Positions 59,104 through 64,000 of a stretch of DNA of 64,000 nucleotides are shown here, piece by piece. The notes below the pieces were generated by a model. It did no database searches. It saw only the letters and a list, made by a program, of their open reading frames with translations, and was not told the DNA's origin. The position numbers were made by a program, and so were the translations under genes. The stretch comes from Tubiluchus corallicola (taxonomy: Eukaryota; Animalia; Priapulida), in assembly GCA_030141605.1 (NCBI GenBank), contig JAQGDQ010001085.1, positions 1 through 64,000 of the forward strand, given 5' to 3'. The number at the start of each line of letters is the position of its first letter. Position 1 is the stretch's first letter.

Positions 59104-62032
59104 ATGATACTACGAACGAGGCGAAATTTATTTCTCGCTCCTGTGTCCATCTGCACTATTTTTATCGTCTATATATTGGTCCATCAGCAGCATTTGTTGA
59201 CATTTTTTTCTCTTGAGAAAAAGCGCTTATTTGTAGCTATTATTAGTGCTCCTATCCGGCAGGATCGTCGAAATGCCATCAGGAAAACATGGAAAACTTT
59301 GTGCGATTCTTATTCAGAAACCGTTTGCGTTTTCTTCACCGATAAATTAGACAAATTTGGAAATCAGCTGCCAGAAAAAATGGACACCATCTTACGAAAG
59401 GAGGCTGCCCTGTATGGCGACATTGTTTTTGATTACGACACGCCCGGTGCTAGACGGCTACTGTGGGCCATGAAGTGGGCCAGAGAACATTACGATTTCG
59501 AGTATTTTCTAAGACTGGATGACGATATGTATCTTTGTCTCAATCGACTATTTCTGGAATTACCATCTCGTCCAAAATCACGATTGTACTGGGGACGCTT
59601 GCATTGTACAAAAGGTAGTAAAGAATATTTGGAAACATGAATAAATGACAATATGTAGGTTTTACGCGTGAATAATTATTCTTTTAAATCTAAGAGGAAT
59701 TTAACTAAAATTTGACTACCACTAAAATAAACACAACGACAAAAACAATAAATGCTAGCGACTAAAAAGACTAGAGACTAAAGAGATGATAACAGCAAAG
59801 TTTATTAATAACGATATTTCGCGAAACCAATGCTAGTATGTAGTGGTTTCCCGAAAAACCGTTAGGATTTTTAATTAATTAATTAAGTAATCTCTCAGTT
59901 TACTTCTAATTATGTATACACAACGCTACTCCTCAATTTTTAAAGCGAAAAGCATGAAAAATTTAACCGTCGGCGTCATCATCATCATCATTATCAACAT
60001 CAACAGAATCGTTGTCGTCGTTAGGCTACATTGCAGTAATTATTATGTTATTAAATATTGTCCCACATATGTCGCGCTACTAAACTGTGTAGGTTTACGT
60101 GCACAAGAACACACTATCAACCTTATGCGTGTATCCACAGAAAAGTGGATTCGTATTACTAATAACCTTCGTAGAATCAGTCGGATTAGCATATTGAGCG
60201 ACCCTAGGCCAGCTGGAAAGTGTTGCAACGTACCCTCGGACCCCCCACCCCACCCCCCGATAATGTTCAGAAGTGTAGGCAGAAAAGGATATTTATTTTT
60301 GCTTTTTAGAAGATTTAATCGTGAAATTTATTATATTAATTTTGATTTAATAATTTAATAATTTAATTTAATATTAATTACGAATTTTAATATTTATTAT
60401 TTCTGTATATTGTGGATAGATATTATCATAACTGTTTAGTTTAAGCTTCGTTCTTGTACAAGTATTATTACAATGAATAATTACATTTGAAATTTTTTCA
60501 CAAATTCCAATAAAATGCTTATTTAGTAAAAAAGAAAACGTTTTTTCAAAAATGCCTTTGCAAAAAATCAGATCACAATACAGTTTAAACTACTGTATTT
60601 CTCACAGAAAAATAGTGTACTGTAAGATTATTAATGACAGAATTAACTTGTTACTTGCATTCATTAAATTGATAGCCGGAAAGAAAGCAAATGTAAACTA
60701 ATAAATACTGAAGATATTAAAGCTAAAGTTCCTGGTTCAAATCTAGTTAGACAAGGTAATCCACGTTTCCTTTGTTTTTCTCAAATTGCTCCCATGCAAT
60801 AGTGTTCAAAAACAATTTTCTTCTAGTGGGGAATACGAAGTTCTTGTGGGTAATGTAGGTTTACGGGGTCCCTCTAAAGCGCTGGGCCCTAAGCCAGGAC
60901 CTAGTTGGCTGATGCAGTAATCCGGGCCCTGCATCGACTGTGAAATGTGAACTTCAAGCGTAATTGAAGGCGTAACTATGGTCCGTTAATAATATTATTT
61001 TTGTTATACGCTTTCCCTTGAACTTTAAATTCACTTTCGACATTCAATGAAAGTCATATTGACTTAGTTAGACCTAGCTGAACCTGGACCAAGGACCTAG
61101 CCCTTGGACCAGATTTAATTACAGAATTTATTACAAAACTGTTGCAGGCCTATAATAACAGTTAGCCTATATGTATACAGAATTACAACGGTCATGATAT
61201 GTAAAATTAACACGTGTGTAAAATTAACAAGAATAACATTAATTAACAGCTAAATGACTCAGTATTAAAAAAGAGCCCTAACTGTATGCAAGTAAACAAG
61301 GTTGACAAATATAAAAAATACTTGTCTAAATCCTAACTGAGTTAAAAAAGACTGAAAATCTTCCATTGGGATTCGAAATCGATTTTCTGCATCCGTAACA
61401 GGTGTACAGTACTCATTGCACCAAATAATAGCGAATATGCCTCACAGTAATGAGTACGATGTGCTTTCAATTATCGTTTTTTTGTCACTTTTACTTCCTA
61501 ATTTGAATTTCTTAATTTTTTTATCTTAGGATGGGTCGCCATGGACGAAGAATTCATCATTTTAACCAAAGACATAATAGACAATTTACTAAAGCAAAAC
61601 TCAGATGGTCAGTTGCAATGTCACAGCACAGCCACACGTTCCTTAGCCTCGTGGATCCTGGGAATGAAGAATGTAACATACTTTGCTGACAACAGAATAA
61701 ATTACAGACTTGTGAACACAACCTCAGCAACGGGTCGCCTTATTTGTCAGCATTACATCAGCCTACATCGCGTATATCCAGCTCAGATATTCAAATTCTG
61801 GATGACACGTTCTGGTCATCCCGAAAATAACAATACCTTTGATCCAATACCAAGGTATTCGGATATGTGTAGATTTCCACCTGGGCCACTGGTGCCCTTT
61901 CCACTTGGGACAATAGGACCGTGTCATAACGTTACATTTAGCTGGACTGAAATGTGGCAAGGAGACGAAAGTAACGCTAAGCGAAGAACCGAGAAACCTG
62001 CGTGGATGACAGGGGAGAATAGTGTTACTTAG
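59104..62032 (+). CDS. Glycosyltransferase family 31-like (beta-1,3-galactosyltransferase-like) type II membrane protein, ~337 aa
   Basis: Exons 59104-59614 and 61530-62032 join in phase 1 (..HCTKG-WVAMDEEF..). N-terminal TM segment, LFVAIISAP..RRNAIRKTW, and YFLRLDDDMY (DxD) are typical of GT31. An acceptor-like AG at ~59092 suggests an upstream UTR exon. Confidence 0.85.
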
Positions 62033-62051
62033 ATAACGTAATAAAAATAAA

Positions 62052-62096
<45 letters not shown>

Positions 62097-62199
62097 CTGT
62101 ATCTGGAGTCAGCTTTTAAATAAATATTTTACATTAGCTCAAAGAGCTTTTGCTGACTGTACATAACAATATACAACTACATAACAGATACTATTGTTA

Positions 62200-62325
62200 C
62201 CCCACTTTATCCTAAATACCACGCGCCAGGCTGGGCAACAGCAAGTACCACTTTTAAAGTATTTGATGCTGTATCGAACTCACGACATCCCAGACGGGAA
62301 GCGGTCGCGTTATCACTAGACTAAA
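62200..62325 (-). repeat. tRNA-derived SINE-like fragment
   Basis: Minus strand reads TAGTCTAGTGA (A-box-like), then GAGTTCGATAC (B-box-like), then TTTAAAAGTGGTACTTGCTG, resembling the central domain of invertebrate SINEs. Confidence 0.5.
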
Positions 62326-62735
62326 CCGTTTGGTCATACATTTTTCACGAGCATAACCATCGCTGTTGCATTAGTAGAACAAGCAACCGCCTGTATGATA
62401 AACGAGATATTAGAAACATGTAATTTTATGCTGAACTATGTTAATTGTTGTTTGTTAAGCAAGAATGAAGTACATTCCGCGTGGAATCCTCACGAAATGC
62501 GGCATTTTTACCAAACGATAGATTTCCTCGCGAGGCGCTTCTAGATGGTGGCAGAGTTCCTCAAGACAAAAATATGGGCCACAAAAATCAAGAACAAAAA
62601 CTAAGAAAGGTAGAATGATTTTTCATATACTACAAATCCAATAAATTAATACTGCAAAAGCGGTTGTGATAATTAAATAATAGATTAAAATCTTAATTAA
62701 CGGCGGGCGAGCCCAACTATTGATGACATCACAAA

Positions 62736-63280
62736 ATGAATGAGTGAGTGAGTGAGCGAATGAGTGAGCGTGTGAGTGATTGTAACTGAGGGAATAAATG
62801 AATAAATAAATAAATTGAGTGAGTGAATGAGTGAATGTGTGAGTGAATGATTGTGAGTGAGTGAGTGAGTGAGTGAGTGAATGAGTGATTGTGACAGAGT
62901 GAGTGAATGAACGAATAAATGGAGTGAATGAATGAGTGAGTTAGTGACTGTGTGGGTGAGTGAGTGAGTGAGTAAATGAGTGAGTGTGTGAGTGAGTGAA
63001 TGAGTGATTGTGACAGAGTGAGTGAATGAACGAATGAATGGAGTGAATGAATGAGTGAGTTAGTGATTGTGTGAGTGAGTGAGTGAATGAGTGAGAGGGT
63101 GAGTGAGTGAGTATGTGAGTGCGTGAGTGATTGAGTGACTGAGTGAGTGAAAGAGTGGGTGAGTGAGTGAGTGAGTAGTTGGGTGAATGAGTGAGTGTAT
63201 GAGTGATTGTGACTGAGTGAGTAAATGGATGAACAAATGGAGTGAATGACTGAGTGAATAAATAGATGGATGGAGTGAAG
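62736..63280. repeat. Degenerate (GAGT/GAAT)n tetranucleotide array
   Basis: Direct observation; includes a duplicated ~120-bp higher-order block (~62860-62980 and ~62980-63100). Confidence 0.93.
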
Positions 63281-63777
63281 GCACGAGAAAAGGATCAGTT
63301 AAGTAAGCAGGTGAGTAAACAAACCTAGTGAACAATTAAACTGCCTATATGAGTGAACAGGAGAAAGAATGGTTAAACTGTACCGGAAAGCATTTTACTC
63401 GTTGCAGGTTAGGCTGCAAAGCATTTGCGTCGACATAAGTAGCACAAAAACTGGAAAAACTAAAAACAATTAAAATATAAAATATAAGCAACTAAGATGT
63501 TGAATTGAACAAAGAAGTAAATAGTGAGTGCCTGTGACTAAGTGACTGAGCGAGCAAAACAACAAAGGTAAAAATAATTTCACGAAAAGAATGAAAAACA
63601 AATTAATACGTAAAAGGACAAGAAAGGGACACCTCAAGTAGATTTCAGAAAAATCGGCTTAAAAAATTATATTACTTTACAGCAATTTTATGTATATAAA
63701 TGCATTATATATATATATATATATATATATAATGTCTGAATGTTATATAAATTAAGAGAACCATTGAGGGAAGGAGA

Positions 63778-64000
63778 GGTAGTACTAGTGGTAGTGGTAG
63801 TCGGAGTGGTGATGGTGGTGGTGGTGGTTTTGATGGTGGTTTTGGTGGTTGTGGTGGTGATGGTAGTGGTGGTGGTGCTGGTGGTGGTGGTGATAGTGGT
63901 GATGGTTGTGGTGGTGGTGGTTGTAGTCATGGTGGTAGTGGTAGTGGGAGTGGTGGTGGTGGTGGTGGTGGTAGTGGTGATGGTAGTGGTGATGGTGGTG
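63778..64000. repeat. Degenerate (GGT)n trinucleotide array
   Basis: Direct observation; runs to the window end. Confidence 0.95.

Noticed and set aside
60178-60930. Possible hAT element in the GT31 intron (right end TAATCCGGGCCCTG)
   Set aside because: Left terminus too degraded and no TSD found, so boundaries cannot be supported.

Overview
AT-rich, intron-containing eukaryotic DNA, most likely from an invertebrate animal; there is no prokaryotic operon or CRISPR structure. Gene models were built by hand from GT-AG splice sites and frame continuity. (1) A mitochondrial-clan-like cytochrome P450 lies on the minus strand; 8 exons are visible and the 3' end runs off the window start. (2) Head-to-head with it is a tandem array of seven 4-exon GNAT-fold genes resembling NAT16/histidine N-acetyltransferase, all on the plus strand and each starting with a 14-nt coding micro-exon. 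Copies 2-5 are a recent ~7.5 kb tandem amplification with mosaic structure, copies 3 and 6 are frameshifted, and six of seven copies have lost the glycine of the acetyl-CoA-binding motif. (3) A 2-exon GT31-like (beta-1,3-galactosyltransferase-type) glycosyltransferase follows. The remaining sequence holds several MITEs (some with target-site duplications), tRNA-derived SINE-like relics, two decayed hammerhead-like motifs and large compound microsatellites. The most notable hypothesis is an animal metabolic gene cluster (oxidase + acyltransferase-fold array + glycosyltransferase). It is an inference from adjacency only.
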